Assembly: GCA_043228905.1 (NCBI GenBank)
Contig: JBHGNT010000007.1
Coordinates: forward strand, 17,856,001-17,920,000
Origin: Azolla caroliniana
Taxonomy: Eukaryota > Plantae > Polypodiophyta
Reading direction: 5' to 3'
DNA length: 64,000 nt
The translations under genes and the position numbers were made by a program. Below, piece by piece: positions 1 to 13,288 of the stretch (position 1 is its first letter; each line of letters opens with the position of its first letter). The notes below the pieces were generated by a model, which saw only the letters and a program-made list of their open reading frames with translations, did not search any database and had not been told where the DNA came from.

Positions 1-1332
1 CATCGAAGTGCACTATCACTTCGTGCGTGAGCATGTCCTAAGCGGTGAGGTCGAACTTCGGTATGTTCACACGGATCGGCAAGTTGCCGACATCTTCACC
101 AAACCACTCGGATCGGACAAGTTGCAGCACTTCACCGAAATCCTTGGTATTCAGCATCTCGACGTGCCACACTTGAGGGGGAGAACGGGCAAAGACATCG
201 GAACGGGCAAAGGAAAAGAGACTGCAGCTTGCGCCGGTGAGGGAAGAACCGACGAAGGGAGAGTCAAGAAGAAGAAAGGAGCTGAGTCGACAAAGGAAGT
301 CGACACATCCGAACAAGTCGGAACAAGCGGCAACGGCGGTAGAGTCAAGAAGGACAGAGCCGACCGGAAGAAGAAGGCTAAGACCCGGACATGGTCCGAT
401 GTGAAGGGCCTAGAACGAGAACAGGAATTGGGAGCAACCGATTCGGACAAGAGCTGGAACTAATCGGAGACAGTCAATTCAGCTCAACAAACAAATTCGG
501 AAGAACTAGATAAATTCAAGGCCAAGAGGACGAGAAGGCAGCGAAAGTCGACGCCAACACGAAGGAATCAGTGAACCGGCACGCGCCGAAGTCACAGCAG
601 CGAGGGAGCTGAATTGGGCCTGTTGAGCAAACAAGTTGACCGAGAAGGTCGAGGTGTGCAGAACAAGAGGGGTCGTGGCAAACAAAACCGGATTGAACGA
701 GGAGTGCGAGCAAGGCAGAGTGACGCCAGAAGGAGCCGGGCAGAAGGACCGGTTGCCACAGACGTTGACACTACGACCAGACCTCAAGTTGAGCTTGAGG
801 GGGAGTGTTGAGCGGCAAGCTCAATTGGAGCCGGATCGGCTGGATAAGCCTGAGTCGGTGAGCGAGGCGGATCGATGAGCCGGTGAGTGAGGCGGATCGA
901 TGAGCCGGTGAGCACTCGGTGAGCAAAGAGCTGGTGAGCTGGGGAGCCGGTGAGCTGGATCCATCAGTAATCGGAAGCCTAGTAGCAGCTAGACTACTAG
1001 GGAATTATTACTCTCGTAGTTAGTGTCAGGCGTTTGAGTGAGGATTGAAGTACACCGTACTTCTGTTAGTCTGTATGGACTTGTATAAAAGTGTTCGCTG
1101 AACACATACTATGTACAGAGCATTGATATAAGTTTTTATCTCTCTCTCTCTCTATCTCTCCCGCGTACTATTAAGCTCTCCATTAAATCTGTTCTCTATT
1201 CTCTGTTCTCTGTTTTTTGTTTTTATTGCTTCCGCACGCTATTTGTTTTCACACGGTGTCTAATTCTTCTTCGGTCGGTTCAGTTCATTATCTGAATTCG
1301 GTTGGCTCATCGAGTGTCATCTACCTTCTACA
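1..1332 (+). mobile_element. Ty1/Copia LTR retrotransposon A, 3' end (RNase H, PPT, 3' LTR), nested in Copia B
   Basis: ORF 8-463 begins with the Copia RNase H motif HYHFVREHV...RQVADIFTKPL. Purine tract GAGGGGGAG at 797-805 is followed directly by TG at 806. The LTR ends ...TCTACA at 1332, after which the minus-strand integrase frame of element B resumes. Confidence 0.9.
806..1332 (+). repeat. 3' LTR of Copia A
   Basis: TG...CA ends, PPT immediately upstream, TATAAAA near 1084, CT-rich tract, and short internal tandem repeats (GAGCCGGTGAG...) at ~850-955. Confidence 0.8.
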
Positions 1333-3795
1333 CGGATGGTTCCTTGTGTTTTCCAATTGATCTTGTCAGTCGATCCAGTGTCCGCGATCTTCTTCTCCGA
1401 CTCCTAGTCGGCAATGGTCTTGTCTTCCATGAAGACTATGTCTGGACTCCAGAAGACCTTGTTGAGCAAGTCCCATACTCGGTAGCCGAACTCATCATCA
1501 CCGTATCCAAGGAATATGCATGGTCGGGATTTCGGGTCCAATTTCTCTCTCTTATCGTTTGTGATATGCATATGATCAAGACATTTGAACACCTTCAGAT
1601 GTCGATAAGACATGTCTTTACAAATCCATACTCTCTGCAATGTGTCTCCATCCAAGGGCGCTAAGGGTGATATGTTTATCACATAGGTCACTGTCATCAA
1701 CGCCTCAACCTGAAACGTCTTGGACAACTTGGCATGTGCCAGCATAGTCCGGACTTTCTCCATCACGATACGGTTCATTCTCCCAGCTAGTTGTTCAGCT
1801 TCGGTGTCTTCGGCATGGCAAATTTGAGCCGGATTCCTTTCAACCAACAATATTCCTCGAACTGCCTTTGGTACTCTCCACTGTTTTCGGTTCCAACTAC
1901 CTTCAGTTTTCGGCTAGTTTCTCTTTCAACTCTGGCATGGAACTCCTTGAAGACAATCAACACATGATCCTTAGTCTCTAGTGGCGAGACCCACAACTTC
2001 TAGCTGTGTTCATCTATGAACATCACGAAGAATTGCGATCCGGCATGAGACTTCGTGTCCACTTGGCATACATAAGTATGTACAAGCTCTTGTGGTTCTT
2101 TCCATCTCGTCAGTGGTCGGGTTCAGAAAGAGGTTTGGTTCTACTTGCCAACCAAACAGTCGGTGCACCTCTCAAGTTGTACGTCTTTCACCTCCGGAAT
2201 GAGGTTATCCTCCACAAGTCTTATCATCCATTTCTGGCTCATGTGACACAACCTCTTGTGCCACAGCTCACTGGCAGGGTCTGATGCCATGTTCACTTCT
2301 TCCCAGCATATTCGGGCATGCATCAAGTACAATGTCTTGATCTTCTGGGCTCGAGCCATGATCAAGCTCCCTTTGCCGAACTTCATGACACCATTCTCGA
2401 TGATACCCGTGTAGCCTTCATAATCCAACCGATCAGCTGATATTAGGTTCAATCGAACCTCCGGAACGTGACGGACATCCTTCAACAACAACTTGCACCC
2501 GGTTGACGTTGTCAACCACACGTCTCCTATGCCGACAATTTGGCATGCACCTTCATTTCCCATCCTTACACTATTGTGATCTCCAACTCTATAGGATGCG
2601 AAGCACTTCAAGTCGGGGGCTAGATGGAACGACACTCCGTAGTCAACCACCCACGTCGTTTCGTCACTGACAAGGTGTAGCTCTCTCTCCTCAGGGATGA
2701 GCAGCAGTTCTTCTTCGCTTGTCACAATTGTTGATGTTCCTCTCCGATTCGAATTATTCCAGTCCAAACTCTTCTTTGAGTCGGCACTGTCGGTTCCCCC
2801 TTTCTCCTTCCAAATGTGTCGGCAATTCTTTCTGGAAGTGCCCCAGCTTCCCACAGTAGAAGCAATTAGGCCTCCCCCTTGATTTCAACCTCGTCCTTGA
2901 TTTGTCCTGGTTTTGGGGACTCCGATTCTGGCCTCTTCCTCATTGTGCGTCAGCTTCAGTGACTAAGGTTTTTGAGTCAGAGATCACTTCCTTGTCTTTC
3001 CGACGAGCCTCTTCATCTAGCAAGATCGACTTTACTCTTGCTAGGGAACTTGTGTTTGCCTTCCGATCCGGCATTGCCCAAAGTGACAACTAACGTCTCC
3101 CAACTATCCGGAAGGGAACCGAGCAACAATGACATGAGTACCTCATCGGCTAAAGGTACTTCCAACGAGGTTTTTTTATTTATAAGCCCCTAGAAGGCCT
3201 TCATGTGCTCCTCCATACTAGAGTTGTCTTGATATCTCAGTCTCACAATCTTTTGAAACACTGAGACTCGAATCATGACATTCTTTCTCTCTAGCATGGT
3301 GCCGATTTTTTCCCAGAATTCATGAGCCTTACTTTCTTCGTTGAAGTTGTTGTACAAGTTCATGTCGATGAAGCATCTTATGTATGTCGTTGGCTTCATG
3401 TGCATCACCTCCCAAGTTGCGACATCGATCTTGTCCGGTCTTTTGTCCCGAAACTGTACTAGCAGCTAGAGATCTTTGACCACTAACGTGTCCCTCATCT
3501 TCAACTTCCATACTGGGTAGTTGGAGCCGGTGAGCTTGAACATGCCATCGAATGACTTCCATTTTTTTGTTTGTTCTCTCTGATACCAGTTTGTTTGCTA
3601 ATCACAATCGGCCACAACCGAGTCTGAATCACACAATGGAAGAACTCAAGTAGAAACAAAATATATTAATGCACACTTAAGCACAAAAGGAGATGACACA
3701 GGATGTAACCGTGGAAAACCTCGAAACAAGGCAAAACTACGGGAGCCCACAGACTCCAATAATCACTATCCAGGAGAGGTAAAACTAGATAATAG
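1333..3795 (-). mobile_element. Ty1/Copia element B, 5' part (interrupted 5' LTR, PBS-Met, degenerate gag-protease-integrase)
   Basis: PBS TGGTATCAGAG on the minus strand at 3588-3578; LTR edge at 3592. Gag fragments at 3190-3562. Protease/GAG-pre-integrase WVVDYGVSFH...LWHKRLCHMS at 2141-2854. Integrase C-terminal KLDPKSRPCIFLGYG at 1404-1850. Many stops and frameshifts. Confidence 0.9.
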
Positions 3796-4123
3796 GCGGG
3801 AGCAGAAAATATAGGCAGAAGCACTAGCTTAGTCCATCGTAACTAGATAATCCTGTAAGGTCACCGGCCGTAGGCCGTGTTCTGTAATCCTTTTGGTGTT
3901 GCAGTAATATATCTGATTTGTGGCCATTTTGCTGCATGTGTCTGTGCTTTGGCTCATACTTATGATTTCAGCGCCGCCCACACCTATCAAGATCTCGCTA
4001 GTGTTTTATCTCTGATCATTTTCTCCTTCACGACGCCTCTGTTACGAGCCTTCACGTACCACACCCTTGGATACCGATAGCCGCAGGTCTATCGAAGGTG
4101 TTCACCCAAAGGAACGGGTAACA
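3796..4123 (+). repeat. 5' LTR of the Athila-like element (left end truncated)
   Basis: Matches 13457-13784 but lacks the TG start and the upstream segment present in the 3' copy. Confidence 0.88.
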
Positions 4124-4128
4124 CAATT

Positions 4129-4141
4129 TGGCATGCCCGGT
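4129..4141 (+). other. Primer binding site, tRNA-Arg type
   Basis: TGGCATGCCCGGT lies 5 nt after the LTR end. It matches the recalled plant tRNA-Arg PBS TGGCACGCCCGGT with one CpG transition. Confidence 0.75.
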
Positions 4142-4314
4142 TACAGTTGTGAGTGCACAACGAACTTCGTTGAAGGTAACCAGCAACTGCCGTTTCGGCG
4201 CCCCCTCGCACCACGAGGTCTCGGCCACCTGCTCGACGCCCTGAGCGAGTCGAAGGAACTTCCGACTCGGCGGTCACTGACCAATCCTTTCCCGAGAAAT
4301 CGGAGGCTTCCCCA

Positions 4315-7300
4315 GTGCAATCCTCGCCACCGGACACTCGATCGCGAGTTGATTCACCACCAAAAACCCCGTCGAGCCCTTCGGAGGTCAATCAACCGGA
4401 ACTAAACCCTTTCCGTGTGCTACCAGAAGACCCAGAGTACGACATCATGCCGTACCCTTACCCACGATACACCGACGGACCAAACGCGGAGTCACACATC
4501 CGTGCCTTCATATCCACGTGGCAGGCCAACCACTCAACGCACCGCCTCACGCCGGCCGAAATCGATGCCTCAAAGATTGCCGAGTTCACACTCTCCCTCG
4601 ATGGACCGGCCACACGATGGTACTCTCGCCTCGAAATAGGAGAGGCCACCACTTTCCAAATCGTGCGCACAAAGTTCCTTGACTTTTTCATGGTGAGGTG
4701 CCTAAACGGGAACTGCTCCGGCAATTCTTCTCTATATGCCAAGAACCGCACAAGAAGGTCGCGCAGTTCACGATCTAGTTCCAGGATCTCTACAGACAAG
4801 TGGTCGATGATGTCTTGGCACAACATATACCGGACACTTTCCTGTCCAGTTTACGAGAGCCTCTCCAAACGACTCTCGCACTTACAAATTTCGCCAACCA
4901 TACTATCGAACAAGTCATAGCGCGAGTTCTCGCCCTTGATCGGACCCAGCACGGCGCGGCCTTCTCGATGACATCCTTACAAAATGCTCTTCCCCAAGAG
5001 GACAATCGCTTTCGCCAAGCTCTCCAATGCCCGGCGTGTTCAGGATCAGGGCACCTGGCCCTCGAATGTCCCCACCGACCACAGTGTCCGATCTGTCAGT
5101 CTCGAGCTCACACTGTCGAGCAGTGCGAATATAATATGTTGAACCGCACAATGGCGGCACCGGTCTGCAAGATCGAGCCAAGAAATACATACTCTCGGCA
5201 AGACGAGCGATATGCCTACCGAGACCAGGATAACGACCGACCGCGATCCCCAGATCGACGGCGCCGAGACGACGACTACCGACGTGATGACCGTCGTGAT
5301 CACTATCGTGATGACCGGCACAATGATTATGCTTGATATGATGACGATCGTGATGACCGGTATGACCGACGGAACTCACGCAGTGATCGGCGAAACGGCA
5401 ACCACAACTCACGCAACAATAGAAGACATAACGACAACCGCCGACGGGATGCTCCTCAAAATGACTAGTGCAACTCCAACGCACCTCGGACCAACCCACT
5501 ACCAAACGAGACTGGGAATCAACAGCAACAGCTTCCACTCACAGACCGAGAGGACACCAGCAGCTCGGCCAACGTTACGTGTTTTTAATGTATCCAACCA
5601 GGCCACTACACCACGCAATGTCCAACAACCGACCGTGGCAAGGCACCCGCGGTGAACAGTATCATGTCCGATGTTCAAACCGTCACTACCCGGAGTAAAG
5701 CGCAGACTACACAGTGGCAAATCCAGGATGAAGTCTGTCAAGCAGCAAAAGAATGGATCGACACGGCCAATAAAAATAATGTCGTGCGCATGCAAACTGA
5801 CATGAGAGACGGGCCTAGTGGAGCACCACAAACCTCGGTACCATCCACGTCGTCAGAGGACGACCAGCTATGAGATGCTCTTACCAACTCCCACATCTCG
5901 CTGCCCCTACATAAGCTGTTACCACTCATGCCGAGATTTCGGGACACCCTGGCTGCACTACAGGCCAATACTAAGCCCATAACGCCACCGGTTCACCTCA
6001 CCGAACCAGGCACAGGTCCACCACTCATGGATTCTCAAAACCCAGCCGTGAAAATCATCATTAAAGGACAAGACTTGCATGGATGCATCATAGACGGCGG
6101 ATCTGGCATAAACGCTATTAGCGAAACAACTTGTCACAACCTCGGCCTAAATCAATTTGAACCGTGCCCCTTTTGGCTTCGGATGGCCGACACCCACTCC
6201 GTTCGCCCCATTGGTTTAATCCGCCACCTCGACTTCACACTCGGAGGCCACATGTTCACAATCTCGGCTGTCGTGCTAAGACTGGAGACCCAAGGCGCCT
6301 ACCCAATGTTACTAGGTAGACCATGGTTGCGTACAACGAATATCAAGCAGCATTGGCAACGCAACATGATCTCGTTTCGACGAGGCAAGACAAAGGTCCG
6401 AATTATCACGGAAGAACGCGTCCCCGCGGTCCTCAACGCTTCGCCGTTATACGCAGAGGGGGTCGATATGCTTGACGGTTTGGCCGATGAGGAGGTCGAT
6501 GACTTCCTAGATGATCATCCCTCTCTTCGAAATCAATGCCATACCAACCATCGAGCCACCTAAAGACGAGGAAGTCACAGAGGAATCACCACCCCAAGAT
6601 GAACCAGATCCAACCACAGTTGCTGAGCTACGCCATGCTCGGGATGCTTTCGAACGAGAACTCGCCATTTCACAACGAGTCAAAGCATCAATCCTGGAAA
6701 CAATAAACCTCGGCTCGGACGAGAATCCCCGTACGTTACAAATTGCCAATAATCTACCAACCGGAGAACGGGCATCCCTCGTACGATTGCTCACCGACTA
6801 CCAGGATGTTTTCGCTTGGTCTTACACCGATATGAAGGGGCTGGATCCTCAATACTACCAACATCAAATCCACCTCTTACCCGACACTCGGCCGGTTCAG
6901 CAGAGGCGCTACAGGATGAACCCCAACTACGCCGCTAAAGTCAAAGAGGAAATCGACAAACTACTCCGAGTGGCCTTCATTCGTCCTGTTAAACGGGCCA
7001 TGTGGTTGAGCCCGATCGTAGTAGTCCCAAAGAAGAACGGAAAAATCCGCGTCTGCGTTGACTATCGGAAGCTTAACGCGGCAACAGTCACTGACGATTT
7101 CCCTCTCCCCTTCACGGACAGCATCCTCGACACGGTAGTCGGCCACAAATGCTACAATTTCCTCGACGGGTTCAGCGGCTAAAACCAGATAAGAATGCAC
7201 CCGGAGGATCAGGAGAAAACAGCTTTCGTCATGGAATGGGGTGTTTTTGTAGCAGAAGTAATGATGTTCGGTCTAAAAACGGCGCCGGCTACGTTCCAGC

Positions 7301-9577
7301 GCATCATCACCGAAATCTTTCATGACTACATCCCGGCGTTCATGCAAGTCTTTCTCGACGATTTCGTCGTGTATGGCCATCGACGGGAATACATGACCCA
7401 GTTACGACTCTGCCTGGACCGATGTCGCCAAGCTCGATTGAGCTTAAACCCGGTGAAATGCGCATTCTTAGTCACCAGCGGTAACCTTCTCGGCCACATT
7501 GTCAGTCAAGAAGGCATCACTATGGACCCGGATAAAGTAAAGGCCATCCTGACCGCCTCCGCACCCTCGAACGCTAAGGCACTAAGCCGATTTTTGGGAC
7601 AGATCCGGTGGCACAGCCGAATGATACGACACCTGGCCGATTTCGCGACACCTTTACACGCGGCAATCCATCGCCTTCCCTTCCAATGGATGTCAATCGA
7701 GGACACGGCCTATCAGACCCTGAAACTAATGCTCTCACATGCCCCGGTGGTCCAGCCTCTGGTTTGGTCCGAACCGTTTCATGTCTTCGTAGATGCTTCG
7801 GACATCACCATCAGAAGTGCCCTGATGCAATGCACACCCCCGAATTGGTATAGGCCCGTGTACTACGCCAGCCGACGGCTCTCGACCGCGGAAAAGAATT
7901 ACTCCACCACCGAGCGGGAGGCCCTCGGTATGATTTATAGCATCAATAAATTCCGGCATTACCTCTTGGGCCGGAAGTTTACCATTCACGTGGATCACTC
8001 GGCCCTTCTTTATTTGGTCAATAAACAAGCCCTCACCGGACGGTTGGCTCGGTGGATGCTCCTACTCCAAGAGTTTGATTTCCAGATCAGCATCGACCCG
8101 GGGTACAATACGCCGTCGCCGACTACTTGAGCCATCTTGAGTCAGGGGAACCGGCGAAAACAACGTACGACAAGCTACCGGACGCCAGCCTATTTAACCT
8201 GACCACGATGCCAGACGATAACGAAGATGAATGGATCACGGAGATGACCCATTTTCTCACTACCGGTTTACCTCCCGAGCACATGCCCCTTGACGCGAGA
8301 AAATGCCTAGCAATGCATAGCTGGAATTTTTGCCTCGTCTCGGACATTCTCTACCACAAAGGCTCGGACGGCATATGGCGCCGAGCGATTCGGCAATTCG
8401 AGAAGAACGTCGTTCTTTAGGAAGCCCACCATGGAGTAGCTGGGGGGCACTACGCCGGGGATTCCACGGCAAGGAAAGTTTGGCAAAGCGGATTGTGGTG
8501 GCCGACAACGAAGAGAGACGCTCACGAGTTTTGCCGGCAGTGCGATTTGTGCCAACGATTGGGGCAACCAATGGAACAATCACGCATGCCACACGAGCCG
8601 ATTCTTCCATTGGACCCATTTCAAAAATGGGGTTTGGATTTTGTAGGCCCTTTCAAACCACCCGCGGCCCGTATAGGGAATAGGTATATTATCGTTGCCA
8701 TGGACTACTGCACCAAATGGGTCAAGGCTAAGGCACTCCGAGACAACACGGCGGCATCCACGGCTCAATTCGTGTACGAGCATCTTTGGTGCCGTTACGG
8801 ATGCCCAATTGAGCTCGTTAGTGACCAAGGTGGGCACTTCATCAATCATATAATACGTGAGCTTACACACCACTACGCGGTGGTACACAAGAAAAGCACA
8901 CCATACTACCCGCAGGCGAACGGCTTGTTGGAATCAACCAATAAAATCCTCCAAACCATACTAAAGAAGATCGTCAATGAAAACAGGACTGATTGGGATG
9001 ACAAACTCCAGAGCGCGTTGTGGGCGTATCGTACGACTTTCAAAACAAGCATCCAATCAACCCCCTTTCGAATGGCGTTCGGGTTAGAAGCCGTAATGCC
9101 CGTCGAGTTCCAAGTCCCGAGCCTCCGAGCCTCCGAGTTCAAATCAAAGCACGGCTCCCCGAGGCCCAATCCGAGCAATACCGGCTGGAACAACTCCTCG
9201 AACTCGGCGAAGACAGGATAGAGAGTATGGCCCAGCTCGAACAACACCAATGACAATGCAAGGCTTTCGTGGATCAACATCGAAATGGGCTGGAGAAGGA
9301 GCTCACCATCGGCAAACCGGTTCTTCTTTTTCAAACACGACTCGGGTCAATGCCGGGAAAATTAAGATTTTGGTGGACCGGTCCATTCTGGATTATCGAC
9401 GAGTTCAATGGGACGTTTCAGCTCGGCACACTCACCGGCGACACTGTCAAAAGCTGGGCCAATGGTTTCCGACTTCGACCATATCGAGGCACTACACCAC
9501 CCAACCCATTTACCGAGCCACACGGCACAAACGAGTTTCGGGAGACCCCCACGGAGGAGGCCACGTGTCCCCCTTAA
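4315..9577 (+). pseudogene. gag-pol of the Athila-like element, disrupted by stops and frameshifts
   Basis: Gag with zinc knuckles (CPACSGSGHLALEC). Protease IIDGGSGIN at 5928-6563. RT PIVVVPKKNGKIRVCVDYRKLN and VFLDDF at 6511-8130. RNase H HVFVDAS...NYSTTEREALGM. Integrase FQKWGLDFVGP...SDQGGHF...PYYPQANG at 8493-9221. GPY/F-like WTGPF at 9269-9577. Confidence 0.93.
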
Positions 9578-10096
9578 TAAGGACTCACCCACTTTTTGAA
9601 ATTACTAAAGTAGGTACTAGGATTAACCATAGTTTAGCCGCCGATTAGCTACACCTACACCACCCACCTAGGCACCCACAATTTAGGAGCACCCCTAGCC
9701 ACCTCTCATTTAGTACCTATTTAAGCACATGCAAAGCACTCAAAGCACCCCACTCACCTTCAGGACACGTGGCGCTAGTCACTTATTATGTCACCCACGA
9801 CTCAAAATCTTTAGGATTCGCTTCGGGCACAAAACCCTAGGAGTAAGTTACTAAAACCGTTTCCAAAACGCAGCACATACATAGAAGTTCATTATCGCTT
9901 CCAACCTCCATCGCTCCCAAGCTCAGAAGCCCCTTCTTGCTCTCATCGCTCTAAACGCTCTTGCTCTCAAGCCCTCTTTCGCTCTCATAGCCCCTCTGCC
10001 GAGCTTTCCCTTCCTGTTGTTCCTCCTCTGTCTCGCCCTCGCCTCATCACTCTTCCTCACTCTTCCACACAGTCAAACCCCGTCTCCATCTCCACC

Positions 10097-13000
10097 ATGC
10101 CTCTTACCGCTTCAACAGAAACCCGCGCCTGGCTCCAGGAACGAGGAATGGGCGGTTACCTGAAGATCATCGATGCCCCCGCGCACCCGGATGCCCAAGG
10201 AGTGGCTAAACATATTTGTCCCGAAGCCATCACCAACAACGTGCTTCGGGCTGCTTTGGACCTGCAACGGGGAGGGGACCATGAGGTCGACATACCCCCG
10301 GCATCAAAGCTGAAAGAGTACTTCGGTGAGTACTCAGCCTCATGGAAGGCATATCGCACGTATGGCGGTCCCAACAGAGCTTTCGGGGAGATTGCTCGTA
10401 TATTGATGGAGTATGCGTTCGTGCATACGAACCCGACGAGCATGTCGTAGAACAAGGCAGCCATCATCATCAGCGTGTATGAAGGAAACAGAGTCGATTG
10501 GGGAATCATCACAGGCGAAGGACTCCGCGTCGCCTTAGCCTCATACCAGTCAGGTAAGAAGATGTTGTCTGTTCTTACCCACTTTTTGATGGTTCTATAC
10601 CCACCCTCTTCTCTTCCTTCCCCTCGGACACTCACGTCCCCACCACCACCACGAAGGCAGAGAGAGAAATTGGTTGCCATCAACCACGAAGCATGGGAGG
10701 AGCCCATATCGCCTTCACCTCCTGCCACCGATCAAAACCCCGCATCGGCACCACCACCCACCCAACCCCAACAAAAAAGGGCAGTTTCCGAGACTTGCCA
10801 AGAATAGGAGGAGGAGATAGCCACGGAGGACAACACGGCAGACGATGTCACCATTCGACAGCCAACGCCGCGCCCCTCGGTAACTCCCCCAGGGCCTAGC
10901 CCACGCCCCAACACACAGCTGGCAACACCACCACGACCCCAGAAAAGGAAGCAGGTGGAGGAAACGACACTACCGGCCCCGGAACCCCAAACCCAGCCGA
11001 GCAAGAGAAGACGACTCAACCGCGAGTCCTCGGCAGAACAGAAAGAGCCACAACAGGAGCAAGCCTTAGTTGTCAGCCAGAGCAACCTAGCCATCATCCC
11101 TGAGGAGGCATCGCTGAACCAGGGAAAGATCGAGCATGGGCAGACAACGCAGATCTCGGAGGATGAAGTCCTCAGTTATAAAGACCTCCCTACGGAGGCT
11201 TACGAATTTAGTGCACTCCTACGCCTCGGTACGACATTTGTGCTGGTCGACTTCCTCGCTAGAGCCCAAGTCACGGCAACCGCTCGAATGGCGGAAGAGC
11301 ATGCCGAAACAAAAATGATTCAACGCGCGCTATTAGGTGAAATTGAGCCCCAAGACGACAGGGCTTTACAAAAAATAGGGAGGAAGAAGTAGGCAAAACG
11401 GGCCACTCTCCTCATGGAGGTCCCCAAGTTGAACACGGCCCTTATCGAGGCATATAGGGACCTGGATCGCACTACGTGAGCAGCCAAAGACATGGCCCGA
11501 AAGATAAAAACAACCCAAAAACAGGCTAAGGTGGCTACAGAATTATGGCACGATGCGAAACAGAAACTGGCAGCCTGGGAGCAAAACCGGCCGGAACAAC
11601 AACTCTTGAGCCTTCCGGCCACGACCACCAAGGCCCTCCCAGCCCCTCCACGCATAACAATGATAGATGAAAGCACCGTCACGGATTCAATCCTGACGAT
11701 CCAGGCCAGCACACTAACAGACTCGTTACAAATGGTCGATGCCTGCACAACAACCGAGGCGGCCACGCCCATGGAGAAGACCGAGATACCACCCCCTCGT
11801 CCACCCAAGGAGGTGGCAACCCAGACAGAACCCCCACTCCGAGATTACCGAGCGGAGCTTAAAGAAGAACAACGGCGGACCGAGAGACACGAACAACGGC
11901 ATGAAGAGGCCATGGGTCGCTTAAAAGAAGAAGCTTCCAAACAGATGGCCGAGATTAGAGCCCAAGCCAACCAAAGGATACACGAGCAGAACGAAGCACT
12001 AGGCCGGGTACAAGCGCAAGCCGCGGGCAAAGAAGCAGAACTCAAAAGCAAGCTGGAGGAATACACGGCCACAGTGGCAGAGAAAGAGAAGGAGGTCCTA
12101 GACCTACAGGCCGCGCTCGACAATGCAAAAGACTGGAACCACCGGCAGGAGGAAAGAAATCGCCAACGGGAGGAGAGAATGATCGCGGAGAATGCCGAGC
12201 TACAGAGTCAGCGTACGACCCTTAAAGAAATGGCTGACGAGTTTTTCATCAAATGCAAGCTACTTTCAAAGCAAAAAGACGAATTATCTGATTCCTACTT
12301 CGCCCTACAAGAAGAGAGAATCGTCGAACGGGAACAAGTCCGGGCCGCGTGTCAAAAAGAATGGGAGAAAGCTACCGAAGAGCTCACCAAGCATTACGAG
12401 CAGTCTATCCAGCTCGTAACCGCGGACGCAAAGAACACTCAAGCCACCTATGAACTACTCGCAAAGAAGCTTCAGGCCGAGGTCAACGGCTTAAAAGAGG
12501 AATTGGCAGCCGTTTGAGCACAGCCCGGCATGGATGAGACACGCATCAGAATACTGATCGAGAAACAGCGCCAGCACCTCACCAAAAAGGTCGAGGAAAC
12601 ATTAAGTCGCGCAGGAGAAGAATGGGCAGCCCAAGCTACCGAATTGCATATTTTACGCGCCGACGCCGAGAACCGACGGAAGGAGGGCCGCCGCTTTTAC
12701 AAAATGGACGAAGCCAACATACAAAACCTGCGTGCAGATTTAACCGAGGATTACCAATCCTTGGCAAAATCTCACACCGCGGCAATCGAGCAAATACTGG
12801 AGGACTTCAATGACGATTAGATGTTGTTTCGCCTGGAAGCAGAAGCCTTCGAACAAGAACGACTCGCAGCCATCCCAACCAACCCTCCAACGGCCATAGA
12901 GCAGAAGGAAGAACCTCCCAGCGAGGAGATCACGGACACGGCACAGGAAGAACTCGCCCCGGCCAACAGACCTCCCGAGGACGCCCACACGGTACCAGAT

Positions 13001-13192
13001 CCAGTCGAAGTAGAGGTCAGCGCCCTCGAACCCACACCACCACTAGAACAATCGGCCGCACCTGAGGCGGACGCCCGAGAGGATATGACACGCCCGGACC
13101 AAACTCAACCCCCCGCACCGACAGTCCAACCAGACCACCCTGCCACCAGCCCGGACCCCGAAAACATCCTCGACATCTTAAAAGAGGAATGA
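10097..13192 (+). pseudogene. Extra sense ORF3 (env-position) of the Athila-like element, ~1030 codons with long coiled coil
   Basis: ORF-track pieces starting at 10097, 10475, 10955, 11492, 12530 and 12821 are all in one frame, separated only by single TAG/TGA codons. Globular N-terminus, Pro-rich linker, Glu/Lys/Gln-rich heptad region and acidic Pro-rich tail. Confidence 0.85.
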
Positions 13193-13201
13193 AACGAGGA
13201 T

Positions 13202-13288
13202 CACGCCTAAAAGGCAATTTTTGTAATGTTGTTAGTATTTTGTAAGTCGTGGGTCCGACGGACAAGGTCCTGTCCCACGGGCGTGCCA
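13202..13288 (+). other. Degenerate tRNA-Arg-derived sequence with encoded CCA inside the retrotransposon 3' UTR
   Basis: GCCTAAAAGGC (D-arm remnant), GTGGGTCCGA...GTCCCAC (T-arm with a 13-nt insert) and GGGCGTGCCA (acceptor 3' strand plus CCA). It is complementary to the element's own PBS. The comparison uses a tRNA-Arg(UCU) sequence recalled from memory. Confidence 0.65.

Noticed and set aside
4067-13265. Numerous antisense and alternate-frame ORFs within the Gypsy element
   Set aside because: Expected shadows of GC-rich coding sequence, with no domain motifs.
13202-13288. Functional tRNA gene
   Set aside because: The D-loop is deleted, the anticodon arm is degenerate, the T-loop is interrupted and CCA is encoded. 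Reported as tRNA-derived instead.
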